This document shows, piece by piece, positions 44,619-54,893 of a stretch of DNA of 64,000 nt (position 1 is its first letter; the number at the start of each line of letters is the position of its first letter). The notes beneath the pieces were generated by a model, which saw only the letters and a list, made by a program, of their open reading frames with translations, did no database searches and was not told the DNA's origin. The DNA comes from an uncultured Muribaculaceae bacterium (GTDB taxonomy: Bacteria > Bacillota_I > Bacilli_A > RF39 > UBA660), in contig CAYZRY010000002.1 in the NCBI GenBank assembly GCA_964481005.1, forward strand, positions 3,488 to 67,487. Reading direction: 5' to 3'. Made by a program: the position numbers and the translations under genes.

Positions 44619-46247
44619 ATGGAGACACAAGCATTATATAGAAAATATAGACCAAAAACATTTTCTGAAGTATCTGGTCAAAAAATTAGTATTAAAATAT
44701 TAGAAAATTCTATCAAAAAGAATATTTTTTCACATGCGTATATATTTTTTGGACCAAGGGGTACAGGTAAAACAAGTGTTGCTAAGATTTTTTCAAGAGC
44801 AGTAAATTGTGAAGATCAAAAAAACAGACCTTGTGGCAATTGTAGTAAGTGTCTAGAAACAATAAATAATGAAGCAGTAGATATTATTGAAATAGATGCT
44901 GCATCAAATAACGGAATTGATGACATCAGGGAAATAAAGAACAAAATAAATCTAGTTCCTGCAGCGCTAAAATATAAAGTGTATATTATCGATGAGGTAC
45001 ATATGCTTACAACCGGAGCTTTTAACGGTTTGCTAAAAACATTAGAAGAACCACCTGCTCATGCAATATTTATTTTGGCTACGACAGAATTGAATAAGGT
45101 TCCAGCGACAATATTGTCTCGCTGTCAGTTAATTGAGTTTAGAAAAATATCGATCAGAGATATGAATGCAAAACTTAGAGAGATTGCTGAAAAAGAAAAA
45201 ATTAGCATTGACGAGAAAGCGATTAAAGAGATATCTCGCGGAGCAAACGGAGGTATGCGTGATGCGCTCGGTATTCTTGATAAGGCGGTTGCTTACAATC
45301 AAGATGAAACAATTACGCTAGAAGATATTAAAGAAATAACAGGAAATGTTTTGGATGATGATCTAGATGATTTATATAAAAATATTCAAAAGAAACAATC
45401 AGACAAAGTGTTTGAAAGAATCAACAAATATTATGAAGATGGTAAGGATCTTGTAATTATCGCTGAATCTTTAATATATAAAATGAGAGATAGTTTGTTT
45501 GATGAAGATAAGAGTGAAGAAGAAAAAACAAACATATGTTCTATAATTAAGAAGTTTAACGAAACAATTGAAAAAATGAAATCTTCATCTTATCAAAAGG
45601 TTTTGCTAGATGTGTTTCTTATTGAAATGATTCGAGATACATATGAGCACGAAGAAAAAGTTGAAGAGAAACCTATTTCGGCTGAAGAATATAAAAGTCA
45701 AATAAATACTGATGAAAACGAAGAAGAACGAATTAGCGAAGAAGCAGAAAAACCAAAACGTAATAAGAAAAAAGTAATTAAAATCAAAGAAATGAAAGAA
45801 GTTAGAATAAATAATAGTTTTGTCGGAGCAAGCAAATTACTAAAATCTGATTTGCAGAAAAATTGGCAAGTGTTAAACGATTTTGTTTTAGATGATAATT
45901 ATGGTAATAATGCAAAAATGCTGTTATCGACAGAATTAGGAGTAGTTAATGAAAATCACATTGTGATTGTTGTTGAATATACTGGTACAGCCGAAGAAGC
46001 AAACACTAAAATAGAAGAATATGAAAAATTGATATCGCAAGCATTGAATAAGAGTTATAAGATTGTTTTTGTATCTAAAGCAGAATGGAAAGAAATACAA
46101 ACTGACTTTATTAAAAACAAAGATAAAGAATACACTCACATTGATGAAGATGATATAATTTATGAACAAGTTGATCATGAATCAGATATTATGGATAAAT
46201 TTACTGAGTTATTTGGTGAAGAAAATATTAACATAGAAGGAGAATAA
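44619..46247 (+). CDS. dnaX: DNA polymerase III subunit tau (gamma/tau)
   Basis: ORF trimmed to METQALYRKYRPKTF; AAA+ GPRGTGKTS, zinc module CGNCSKC, 542 aa. Confidence 0.9.
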   Translation: METQALYRKYRPKTFSEVSGQKISIKILENSIKKNIFSHAYIFFGPRGTGKTSVAKIFSRAVNCEDQKNRPCGNCSKCLETINNEAVDIIEIDAASNNGIDDIREIKNKINLVPAALKYKVYIIDEVHMLTTGAFNGLLKTLEEPPAHAIFILATTELNKVPATILSRCQLIEFRKISIRDMNAKLREIAEKEKISIDEKAIKEISRGANGGMRDALGILDKAVAYNQDETITLEDIKEITGNVLDDDLDDLYKNIQKKQSDKVFERINKYYEDGKDLVIIAESLIYKMRDSLFDEDKSEEEKTNICSIIKKFNETIEKMKSSSYQKVLLDVFLIEMIRDTYEHEEKVEEKPISAEEYKSQINTDENEEERISEEAEKPKRNKKKVIKIKEMKEVRINNSFVGASKLLKSDLQKNWQVLNDFVLDDNYGNNAKMLLSTELGVVNENHIVIVVEYTGTAEEANTKIEEYEKLISQALNKSYKIVFVSKAEWKEIQTDFIKNKDKEYTHIDEDDIIYEQVDHESDIMDKFTELFGEENINIEGE

Positions 46248-46249
46248 TT

Positions 46250-46549
46250 ATGAATATGCAAGCTTTAATGAAACAAGCGCAAAATTTACAAAAAGATATG
46301 ATGAAAGCAAAAGAAGAAATCGATCAAACAACTTTTGAGGGAAAAAATTCGTTTGTTACTGTCGTTGTAAATGGAAAAAAAGAACTGGTCGAAGTAAAAA
46401 TTGATCATGAATCAGATTTAGAAAAAGATGAAATAGAGATGCTTGAAGATATGATTTTATTAGCAACAAATGAGGCTATGAAAAAAGTAGATGAAGAAAC
46501 AGAAAAGAAAATGGGTAAATTTTCAAGTATGATGCCAGGATTGTTTTAA
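46250..46549 (+). CDS. ybaB: nucleoid-associated protein YbaB/EbfC
   Basis: 99 aa MNMQALMKQAQNLQKDMMKAKEE.., conserved dnaX-ybaB-recR order. Confidence 0.9.
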   Translation: MNMQALMKQAQNLQKDMMKAKEEIDQTTFEGKNSFVTVVVNGKKELVEVKIDHESDLEKDEIEMLEDMILLATNEAMKKVDEETEKKMGKFSSMMPGLF

Positions 46550-47142
46550 TGTATCCCGAAAGCATAAAAAATCTAATTGAAAGTTTCAAACTTCTACCAG
46601 GAGTTGGTGCTAAATCAGCGGAAAGAATGGCTTTTCACGTTTTGAGTATGGAAACAGAAAAGACAGATTATTTAGCAGATAGCATCAAAGAAGCAAAGGA
46701 AAAAATAAAATACTGTACCGTTTGTAACAACTACAGTGAAACAGATATTTGTAGTATTTGCAGCGATAGTGGTAGAAACAAAGATTATTTATGCGTTGTT
46801 GAAGATAGAAAAAGTATCTATCTTTTTGAACAGTTAGGAACTTACAAGGGGTATTATCATGTTATTAAAGACTTGATTTCCCCGCTCAACGGAATAAATC
46901 CTGAAGATATAGGGATTGATGAATTAGTTAAAAGAATAGAAAAAGAAAAATTTAAAGAAGTAATAATAGCTGTTAAACCTAGTATTGAAGGCGAGACAAC
47001 AACTTTGTATATTAAAAAAATACTAGAAGGTTTAAATGTTAAAGTAAGTAAAATTGCCAGTGGTGTACCAATGGGTGCTGACATAGAATACATAGACCAG
47101 TTAACTCTTCAACGAGCACTTAGCGATAGAAAAGAGGTCTAA
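46549..47142 (+). CDS. recR: recombination protein RecR
   Basis: HhH N-terminus, C4 zinc finger CTVCNNYSETDICSIC, Toprim; start overlaps ybaB stop. Confidence 0.95.
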   Translation: MYPESIKNLIESFKLLPGVGAKSAERMAFHVLSMETEKTDYLADSIKEAKEKIKYCTVCNNYSETDICSICSDSGRNKDYLCVVEDRKSIYLFEQLGTYKGYYHVIKDLISPLNGINPEDIGIDELVKRIEKEKFKEVIIAVKPSIEGETTTLYIKKILEGLNVKVSKIASGVPMGADIEYIDQLTLQRALSDRKEV

Positions 47143-47143
47143 C

Positions 47144-47911
47144 ATGGGGGATATAATTAGAGATATTTATTCAACCTACATGAGTGATCAAAATATAAAA
47201 CATGCGTATTTAATAGAAATGAAGACTGATGATCTAGCACTTATTTTTCGTTTAGCAAATTTAGTTTGTGAATCAAAAGTCAGTGAAGAAGCTATCCTAA
47301 AAGGTTCAAGTCAAGATATTAAAATAATATTTCCTGACGGAAATGACATAAAAAAAACCCAGATACTCGATCTTCAGGAAGAATTCATGAATACATCCAT
47401 TCTTGATAAAAAAAGAGTATATATAATATCTGATGCCAGCAAACTTAATAAATCATCTGCTAATACATTACTTAAGTTTTTGGAAGAACCACCTGTTGGT
47501 GTAATTGCTTTTCTTCTAACGAGCAATAGGCACAATATAATTAATACTATTTCATCAAGATGTATCACAATCGGACTTAATGTATTACCAAAGGAAGAAG
47601 AAATAGAGCAGATTTATATTGATATGTTAGAAAAGCTTGAAACAAAGAAAACAAAATTTTTTATCAATTTAAATGAAGAAGAGAAAAAAATTATTCACGA
47701 TAAATTAGAACAAAAGAAATTTTTAGAAAAGGCAATTGTTCTTACTCATCGTAAAACAAAGAAAGAAAGAGATACAAAACAGCTTAATGAATATACGAGA
47801 AACTTAACGATATTTATTGAAATGATAGAACTTCTCGATAAGAACATTAATCCTAAAATGGTTTTAAATAAGATGTTATATTTAATGTATGGAGGTAGTA
47901 ATTATGCATGA
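47144..47911 (+). CDS. holB: DNA polymerase III subunit delta-prime
   Basis: 255 aa AAA+-like clamp-loader subunit, LLKFLEEPP motif; position before ricT as in Bacillus. Confidence 0.7.
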   Translation: MGDIIRDIYSTYMSDQNIKHAYLIEMKTDDLALIFRLANLVCESKVSEEAILKGSSQDIKIIFPDGNDIKKTQILDLQEEFMNTSILDKKRVYIISDASKLNKSSANTLLKFLEEPPVGVIAFLLTSNRHNIINTISSRCITIGLNVLPKEEEIEQIYIDMLEKLETKKTKFFINLNEEEKKIIHDKLEQKKFLEKAIVLTHRKTKKERDTKQLNEYTRNLTIFIEMIELLDKNINPKMVLNKMLYLMYGGSNYA

Positions 47912-48698
47912 AGTAGTAGGTGTTAGATTTAATACTGGTAGAGTATACTATTTTAATCCAAATAAGAAAAAACTAAATAAAGATGATGGTGTTATTGTTG
48001 AAACTGAAAAGGGAATGCAATATGGAACAGTTGTCATTGAAAATAGAGAGGTTAGTGAAAAGAACCTATTTTTACCATTGAAAAAAGTAATTAGAGTAGC
48101 TAATGAAGATGATGAAAAACAACATCAAGAAAATTTGAACGATAGTGCTAAAGCTCTTGAAAAAGCTAAAAAACTTGTAGTTGAACTAGATTTAAATATG
48201 CGTATTTATGATGCAAGATATACTTTTGATCGCAATCAATTATTATTTACTTTCGTTGCCGATGAAAGGATTGACTTTAGAGAACTAGCAAAAAAATTAG
48301 CCTTCATATATAAAACAAGAATTGAATTAAAACAAATTGGTATTAGAGATAAAGCTCGTGAAGTTGGAGGAATTGGTCCTTGCGGAAGAATGCTTTGTTG
48401 TAATACATTTCTAGTTGATTTTGATACAGTCTCAATCAATATGGCTAAAAACCAGTTTTTATCACTTAATCCAACTAAAATTAATGGTCAATGTGGAAGA
48501 TTGTTATGTTGTCTTAATTATGAAAATGAACAGTATACTGAGCTCAAGAAAGATTTACCTAATGTTGGTAACACTGTAACGGTCGATGGTAAAAAAGGTA
48601 GAGTTATTAGTGTCAATATTTTTGATCGTACTTATGTTGTCGAAAAAGAAGATAAAACTTATGTGACAGTGAGCAAAGATAATGAAAGTTCTAAATGA
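47904..48698 (+). CDS. ricT: RicT/YaaT PSP1-domain protein
   Basis: PSP1 C-terminal domain with Cys pairs (GPCGRMLCC.., CGRLLCC); GGAGGT RBS before ATG 47904. Confidence 0.8.
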   Translation: MHEVVGVRFNTGRVYYFNPNKKKLNKDDGVIVETEKGMQYGTVVIENREVSEKNLFLPLKKVIRVANEDDEKQHQENLNDSAKALEKAKKLVVELDLNMRIYDARYTFDRNQLLFTFVADERIDFRELAKKLAFIYKTRIELKQIGIRDKAREVGGIGPCGRMLCCNTFLVDFDTVSINMAKNQFLSLNPTKINGQCGRLLCCLNYENEQYTELKKDLPNVGNTVTVDGKKGRVISVNIFDRTYVVEKEDKTYVTVSKDNESSK

Positions 48699-49425
48699 TT
48701 TACTGGAGTATAATTTAAAAATTTATCAAGATAGTGATGCTTTTAATTTTTCTCTTGAATCAGCTATCCTTCCAAATTTTGTTAGTCTAAAAAAGGGAGT
48801 AAAAAATATATTGGATGTTGGTTGTGGTAATGCACCAATATCTTTGATACTATCAACTAGAACTAATGCGAATATTGTTGGAATTGAAATTCAAGAAGAT
48901 AGCTATAACCTAGCGATAGAAAGTATAAAAATTAATAATAAAGAAAATCAAATAAAAGTAATAAATGATGACTATAAAAACATTACTAATTACTATCCTC
49001 ATGAATTCTTCGATGTGATAGTTAGTAATCCGCCTTACTTTAAGTTGGATACTACTAAAAATAAAAATATTCAAATTTCCAAGCAACACGCTAGGCATGA
49101 AATAAGTTTAGATCTAGACCAATTAATTCGTATTTCCTCAAAAATGTTAAAAAATAAGGGTGTGTTTGCTTTGGTTCACCAAAGTGAAAGATTGAGTGAA
49201 ATAATAAAATTGATGGAAGACAATAAATTAACAGTTAAAAAAATTCAATTTATTCATACGAAAGAAAACATTGATGCTATTAGAGTATTAGTCGAAGCTG
49301 TTAAAAATACCGGAGCGGGATTAAAAGTATTAAATCCTATAATAGTTCACGAGGCAGATGGGTCTGTCAAAAAAGAAGTTAGAAAATTATATTTTGGAGG
49401 TAACAATGAGTCAAAAGAGTTATGA
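48682..49425 (+). CDS. SAM-dependent N6-adenine methyltransferase, YabB/TrmN6-like
   Basis: SAM motif VGCGNAPISL and NPPY catalytic motif (IVSNPPYFK). Confidence 0.65.
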   Translation: MKVLNDLLEYNLKIYQDSDAFNFSLESAILPNFVSLKKGVKNILDVGCGNAPISLILSTRTNANIVGIEIQEDSYNLAIESIKINNKENQIKVINDDYKNITNYYPHEFFDVIVSNPPYFKLDTTKNKNIQISKQHARHEISLDLDQLIRISSKMLKNKGVFALVHQSERLSEIIKLMEDNKLTVKKIQFIHTKENIDAIRVLVEAVKNTGAGLKVLNPIIVHEADGSVKKEVRKLYFGGNNESKEL

Positions 49426-50251
49426 GAGAACAAGTTTGTTATATTTAGTACCCACACCAATTGGTAATCGCAAAGACATCAGTCAAAGAACAATTGAAAT
49501 ACTCGAGTCATCAGATGCAATCTTTTGCGAAGACACAAGAGTTACTAGTCAATTATTAAATAGTCTAAATATAAGTGTTAAACTATTTCAGTGTAATGAA
49601 CAAAATGAAGATAAAGCTAAAAAACTAATTGTTGAATATTTGAATAACGACTCAGTTGTATCGTTAGTCAGTGATAGAGGAACACCTTTGATAAGTGACC
49701 CCGGCTATAGAGTAGTTGAATACGTACTAGCTAATGACCACTATGTGATAGCATTACCTGGTCCAACAGCTTTTGTACCAGCTTTAATTACATCAGGATT
49801 AAAGACTTCCCCATTTACATTTTATGGGTTCTTGAATGCTAAATCTGCAAAAAGAGTTAGTGAGCTACAGTTACTTAAAACAAATCCACACACAATGATT
49901 TTTTATGAAGCACCTCATCGCATTCTCGAAATGCTAAATGATATGTATGAAGTTTTTGGTAATAGAAGTATATCTATCGCCAGAGAAATAAGTAAGATTC
50001 ATGAAGAAATATACCGCGGAGAGTTAAAAGATGTAATAGGCGAATTATCAAAATCGGAGATACGTGGAGAATTTGTTGTCGTGGTAAGTGGAAATGAAGA
50101 AAAAACTAATTATGATAACATTTCTATCGAAGAACATGTTAAAATGTATATCGACGAAGGTTTAGACGAAAAAGAGGCATTAAAAAAAGTTGCCAAAGAT
50201 CGAAATAAAAGTAAGTCAGATATTTATAAAATATTTCATCAAGGAAAGTGA
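49406..50251 (+). CDS. rsmI: 16S rRNA (cytidine1402-2'-O)-methyltransferase
   Basis: ORF trimmed to MSQKSYERTSLLYLVPTPIGN (tetrapyrrole-methylase fold N-terminus typical of RsmI); GGAGGT RBS. Confidence 0.85.
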   Translation: MSQKSYERTSLLYLVPTPIGNRKDISQRTIEILESSDAIFCEDTRVTSQLLNSLNISVKLFQCNEQNEDKAKKLIVEYLNNDSVVSLVSDRGTPLISDPGYRVVEYVLANDHYVIALPGPTAFVPALITSGLKTSPFTFYGFLNAKSAKRVSELQLLKTNPHTMIFYEAPHRILEMLNDMYEVFGNRSISIAREISKIHEEIYRGELKDVIGELSKSEIRGEFVVVVSGNEEKTNYDNISIEEHVKMYIDEGLDEKEALKKVAKDRNKSKSDIYKIFHQGK

Positions 50252-50255
50252 TAAT

Positions 50256-50825
50256 ATGAAATTAATCGTAGGTTTAGGAAATCCAGGAAGAAAATACAAC
50301 AAAACTCGTCATAATATGGGTTTTTTAGCTATTGATAAATATTTAGATTCAGTTGATTCAGTTAAAGCAAAAAATAAATTCAACGGAGAGTATTATCATC
50401 TTGAAATAAACGGCGAACAGGTTATCTTTTTAAAACCGCTTTCATATATGAATTTATCGGGAACAGTTATCAGACAGTTTGTCGAGTATTATAAAATAAA
50501 TTTCGATGACATTTTAATTATTCATGATGATTTAGACACTTATTTTGGTAATATTAAAATTAAAAAAGGTGGATCTAGCGCAGGCCACAACGGTTTAAAA
50601 AACATTGAAGAAAATCTTAAAACTAAAGAATATAAACGTGTCAAACTTGGAATATCTAGTAACGGTGAAGAAGAAAAAAGTGACTATGTTCTAGCCAAGT
50701 TTAATAAAGAAGAACAAAAAGAACTTGAGAATATCTTAGAAATAACTACAGATATTATTAATGATTATCTAACTTTATCTTTCGATAATTTAATGAATAA
50801 GTATAATAAAAAACAGGAAGTATAA
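50256..50825 (+). CDS. pth: peptidyl-tRNA hydrolase
   Basis: ORF trimmed to MKLIVGLGNPG..RHNMGF.. ; 189 aa. Confidence 0.9.
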   Translation: MKLIVGLGNPGRKYNKTRHNMGFLAIDKYLDSVDSVKAKNKFNGEYYHLEINGEQVIFLKPLSYMNLSGTVIRQFVEYYKINFDDILIIHDDLDTYFGNIKIKKGGSSAGHNGLKNIEENLKTKEYKRVKLGISSNGEEEKSDYVLAKFNKEEQKELENILEITTDIINDYLTLSFDNLMNKYNKKQEV

Positions 50826-53800
50826 TGACTATATTTAGTAGAGAAAAAATCTTAAATAGTAAAAAAGACATCTGTATATCTAGTGTTACAGATGAGTTTT
50901 TTTGTCTACTAATATCCGAAATATTTAAAGAGAAAAAAGAAAACATTGTCATTGTCAGTTCAACATTATACGAAGCTAGTAAACTATATAATATATTCAA
51001 TAATTATAATGTAGATGTACTATTTTTTCCGATGGATGATTTTATTAGTAGTCGTTCGATTGCAGCTAGTCCTGAGCTTAGAATAAACAGGTTAGAGACA
51101 ATAAAGAAGATAAATCCCAAAGAAAAACAAATATTAATTACTCATCTTGATGGATATGTTAAACCCCTTCCAAATAGTAGCAATTATAAAGAAGCCGTTA
51201 TTAAGATCAAAAAAGGAAATAATATAGAGCGTGAAGATTTTATTAGTAAGATGACTGATTTAGGTTATACACGTGAAACATTTGTTAGTAAAACAGGCGA
51301 GATGGCTATCAGGGGATATGTAATAGATATTTTCCCAGTAGATGAAGAAAGGCCAGTTCGTCTTGAGTTTTTCGGAGATGAAGTTGAATCTATCCGCTTT
51401 TTTGATGAAAACGACCAAAAGACTATCACTGAGCTAGAAGAAATAGTTATTTATCCAAGTAACGAAATACATAACATCGACAAAGAAGCTACAATAGCTG
51501 ATTATTTTGATGAGAAAATAACTGTTTTTAAAGATTATAACTTCATAGAAATAGCTAATAAAAAACTAGTCGAAGATGTATTTAACTATCAAAAAAATAA
51601 CGATATTAAAGAAAAGTTAATCGAAGACTTTTTCTCGATAAAGAAAAACCAAATAATATATTACGATTCGATTGATAATTACAACAAAAGAAAAGATGTC
51701 GAAGAGTTTATTTTCGATATTAAATCTGCTCCTAGTTTTAACGAAGATTTAATTGAAATTAGATCATATTTTGATCATCAAATTAGAAATGATAAAACTA
51801 TTCTACTTTGCTTAAACGAAAGACAATCTATTAATATTACTAAAGAGTTCAAAGATATTAATAAAATAGATAGTTTCTCTAAAATTAAAAAGAATAAAAT
51901 TAATTTAATGTATGCACCTATCAAACAAGGTTTTATATATTCTAACTTAATTGTTCTAACTGAAAAAGAACTATATAAGCAGAGTGTTAAGCAAAATAAT
52001 AAGTATAAGAGTAAGTTTAAGTATTCTACCAAAATAAATAGTTTAGATAATCTTGAAATTGGTGATTATGTCGTTCATCAAGCTCATGGGATAGGTATTT
52101 ATAACGGTATTAAAACAATCAGTAAAAACAAAGTATTAAAAGACTATATCGAAGTTTTATATTTGGCTAACGATAAGCTTTATATACCAGTTGAAAAAAT
52201 AGATTTATTAACTAAGTTTTCTCCTAAAGAAGGTTTTGTTGCTAAAATACATCGTTTAGGTGGAACAGAATGGGCAAAGACTAAACAACGCATAAGGAAT
52301 AAAGTTAAAGATATTGCTGCGGAGTTAATTCGTCTTTATGCTAAAAGAAAAGAAGCTAAAGGTTTTGCTTTTAGTCCAGATGGACAATGGCAAGAGTCTT
52401 TTGAAGCTGAATTTTTTCACGATGCAACAAATGATCAACTCCTTGTCAGTAAACAAATTAAAGAAGATATGGAAAGTTCTAATCCGATGGATAGATTACT
52501 ATGTGGTGATGTTGGTTATGGTAAAACCGAAGTAGCCTTTAGAGCGATGTTTAAAGCTGTTTATGACGGGAAACAAGTTATGTACTTATGTCCAACTACT
52601 ATTCTATCTAATCAGCAGTACAAATCAGCTTTAGAACGTTTTTCAAATTATCCAGTAAACATAGCTTTGTTAAATCGTTTTGTTAGTGCTAAAGAGACAA
52701 AAAAAGTAATCGAAGATTATAAAAATAAAAAAATAGATATTCTTTTTGGAACACACAGACTATTAAGTGACGATGTCAAAGCTGCTGATTTAGGTTTGTT
52801 GATAATTGATGAAGAACAACGTTTTGGAGTTACACACAAAGAAAAGATAAAAAGTTTAAAAGAAAACATCGATGTACTTACTTTAAGTGCAACCCCTATT
52901 CCTAGAACATTGCAGATGTCGCTTATGGGTATTAGAAATCTTTCTTTAATTGAAACACCACCGACCAATAGATATCCAATTCAGACATATGTTATCGAAG
53001 AAAGTGACGAACTGATCAGAGATAGTATATATAAAGAAATGTCTCGTGGTGGACAAGTATTTGTTTTATATAATAAAGTCGAAGACATTGAACAAAAACA
53101 AGCTAAATTGGAAAAATTAGTACCTGATGCTAAAATAATCAATGCTCATGGACAATTAAGTAAACTCGAACTAGAAAATAGAATGAACAGTTTCATCGAA
53201 GGAGACTACGATGTATTACTTTGTACTACCATTATTGAAACAGGTATCGATATACCTAACGTCAATACTTTGATTGTTCTAAATGCTGATCGTTTTGGAC
53301 TAAGTCAGTTATACCAAATAAGAGGACGTGTTGGTCGAAGTGACAAAGTAGCCTATGCCTTTTTGATGTACAACCCAAATAAAGTTTTAACTGAACAAGC
53401 AGTTAAACGCTTATCAGTTATCAAAGAATTCACTGAACTCGGTAGTGGTTTTAAAATTGCAAGTAGAGATTTATCTATCCGCGGTGCCGGAGATATTTTA
53501 GGTAGTGAGCAAGCTGGTTTCATCGACACGGTGGGAATTGATTTATATCTCCAAATTCTCGATGAAGAAGTTAAGCGCATGCAAGGAGTGGAAGTTCCAA
53601 CTGAGGAAACAGATGTAATAGAACAACCTTTCCTCGAAGTTACAACCCATATCAAAGATGATTATACTGACGAAGATGATGTCAAAATTGAAATACATAA
53701 ACTTATTAGCACTATCGATTCGATGGATAAACTAAATGAAGTAGCCAAAGAAATAAAAGATCGCTTTGGAAAGTTTGATGAAGACATCGAAATATACATG

Positions 53801-54067
53801 TATCAAGAACTATTTGAAAACCTAGCTAAGAAGATCAATTTGTACAAAGTTAAACAAAGTGATAAGAATATCGAGTTAATTTTAAATGATCTAATGAGCA
53901 AAAATATCGAAGGAAGTAGGCTTTTTGAACTAGTATATCGTATCAATAGAAATTTCAGATTGAAGTTCTATCACAATCGAATTAGTATTATTCTAGATAT
54001 TCACGATTTAGAAAAACATTACATATATTACTTAGTTGACTTATTCTTACAGTTACAAACACTCTAA
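50825..54067 (+). CDS. mfd: transcription-repair coupling factor
   Basis: 1080 aa; UvrB-homology N-domain, RecG-like SF2 motor (GDVGYGKTEVA, DEEQRFG), TRG and C-terminal domains. Confidence 0.95.
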   Translation: MTIFSREKILNSKKDICISSVTDEFFCLLISEIFKEKKENIVIVSSTLYEASKLYNIFNNYNVDVLFFPMDDFISSRSIAASPELRINRLETIKKINPKEKQILITHLDGYVKPLPNSSNYKEAVIKIKKGNNIEREDFISKMTDLGYTRETFVSKTGEMAIRGYVIDIFPVDEERPVRLEFFGDEVESIRFFDENDQKTITELEEIVIYPSNEIHNIDKEATIADYFDEKITVFKDYNFIEIANKKLVEDVFNYQKNNDIKEKLIEDFFSIKKNQIIYYDSIDNYNKRKDVEEFIFDIKSAPSFNEDLIEIRSYFDHQIRNDKTILLCLNERQSINITKEFKDINKIDSFSKIKKNKINLMYAPIKQGFIYSNLIVLTEKELYKQSVKQNNKYKSKFKYSTKINSLDNLEIGDYVVHQAHGIGIYNGIKTISKNKVLKDYIEVLYLANDKLYIPVEKIDLLTKFSPKEGFVAKIHRLGGTEWAKTKQRIRNKVKDIAAELIRLYAKRKEAKGFAFSPDGQWQESFEAEFFHDATNDQLLVSKQIKEDMESSNPMDRLLCGDVGYGKTEVAFRAMFKAVYDGKQVMYLCPTTILSNQQYKSALERFSNYPVNIALLNRFVSAKETKKVIEDYKNKKIDILFGTHRLLSDDVKAADLGLLIIDEEQRFGVTHKEKIKSLKENIDVLTLSATPIPRTLQMSLMGIRNLSLIETPPTNRYPIQTYVIEESDELIRDSIYKEMSRGGQVFVLYNKVEDIEQKQAKLEKLVPDAKIINAHGQLSKLELENRMNSFIEGDYDVLLCTTIIETGIDIPNVNTLIVLNADRFGLSQLYQIRGRVGRSDKVAYAFLMYNPNKVLTEQAVKRLSVIKEFTELGSGFKIASRDLSIRGAGDILGSEQAGFIDTVGIDLYLQILDEEVKRMQGVEVPTEETDVIEQPFLEVTTHIKDDYTDEDDVKIEIHKLISTIDSMDKLNEVAKEIKDRFGKFDEDIEIYMYQELFENLAKKINLYKVKQSDKNIELILNDLMSKNIEGSRLFELVYRINRNFRLKFYHNRISIILDIHDLEKHYIYYLVDLFLQLQTL

Positions 54068-54121
54068 ATGATTGACCATAAGACCCAATTTTGCTAGTAT
54101 TATCATAGAAAGGCTAAATTC

Positions 54122-54787
54122 ATGGATGAAAGTATAAAGAAACAATTTGAAACAAAAAACTATGAAATACTGACTAATAAGTTAAAGATAGACTTAAATA
54201 ATAACAGTGACTCTTTAAATAAAACCATCGAAAACATCGTTGATTTGCATCTTACGAAGCTTGAAAAAAGCCTTGCAAACATTTTGAAAAACAGTGATAC
54301 AGCGAATGACAGTAATAAAATAAATGAGTATTTTAACGAAGAAAAAGACATATTAAAAACAATTATGCTTGAGAAAGTTCAACAACGAAGAGATGTTATC
54401 TTAAAATTCTTTGAAAAAGATGAGACAGCAGAATTCTTAGAAAAGTATTTTGATACCATTGATCAAAGTCGCAAAGAATTTGATGAACAAATAAGATCAA
54501 CATTAAATGAAGAGATACTTACCAGCTTCACTAATAAAATAAGAACTTCATGTACTTTTAAAGATGAAGAGGGAAAAAATGTTGTTACTTCGATAATTGT
54601 CAGTGGTTTGCAACAGCCACTAATCGAAGGAGCAAGTGATAATAATGAATTACGTTCAAATAACTTAAAGAACTTCGCTAAAGATTCATACAATTATTAT
54701 TTAGAGTTAAACCGTGTTACAACAGATACTTATGAAGATGATGAGCTAGTTAAGGAAAAGAAAAAAAATATTGATAATATTGCGTAA
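54122..54787 (+). CDS. hypothetical protein, Asn/Lys/Glu-rich, predicted coiled-coil
   Basis: 221 aa uninterrupted ORF in an otherwise gene-dense conserved block; no recognisable motif. Confidence 0.5.
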   Translation: MDESIKKQFETKNYEILTNKLKIDLNNNSDSLNKTIENIVDLHLTKLEKSLANILKNSDTANDSNKINEYFNEEKDILKTIMLEKVQQRRDVILKFFEKDETAEFLEKYFDTIDQSRKEFDEQIRSTLNEEILTSFTNKIRTSCTFKDEEGKNVVTSIIVSGLQQPLIEGASDNNELRSNNLKNFAKDSYNYYLELNRVTTDTYEDDELVKEKKKNIDNIA

Positions 54788-54843
54788 TAATGATAATCTA
54801 ATGGGGATTAAATTATTATAGATCAAATATTTAATTGCTATCA

Positions 54844-54879
54844 AACACGATGGGTCACATGATCTGATCGTGTTTTATT
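54844..54879 (+). terminator. stem-loop immediately upstream of metG RBS (terminator of upstream gene or leader attenuator)
   Basis: 9-bp stem AAACACGAT/ATCGTGTTT with 14-nt loop followed by TATT; ends 2 nt before AGAAGGTGA RBS of metG. Confidence 0.4.
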
Positions 54880-54893
54880 AAGAAGGTGAAATT

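Noticed and set aside
51266-51281. parS-like sequence TTATACACGTGAAACA inside mfd
   Set aside because: The right half-site is perfect but the left half has 3 mismatches, so 13 of 16 match. It could be a weak intragenic parS as occurs in Bacillus, but it is not distinguishable from chance in AT-rich coding sequence.
54788-54893. T-box riboswitch upstream of metG
   Set aside because: There is no specifier-loop or conserved T-box sequence (AGGGTGGNACCGCG-like). Only a simple hairpin is present.
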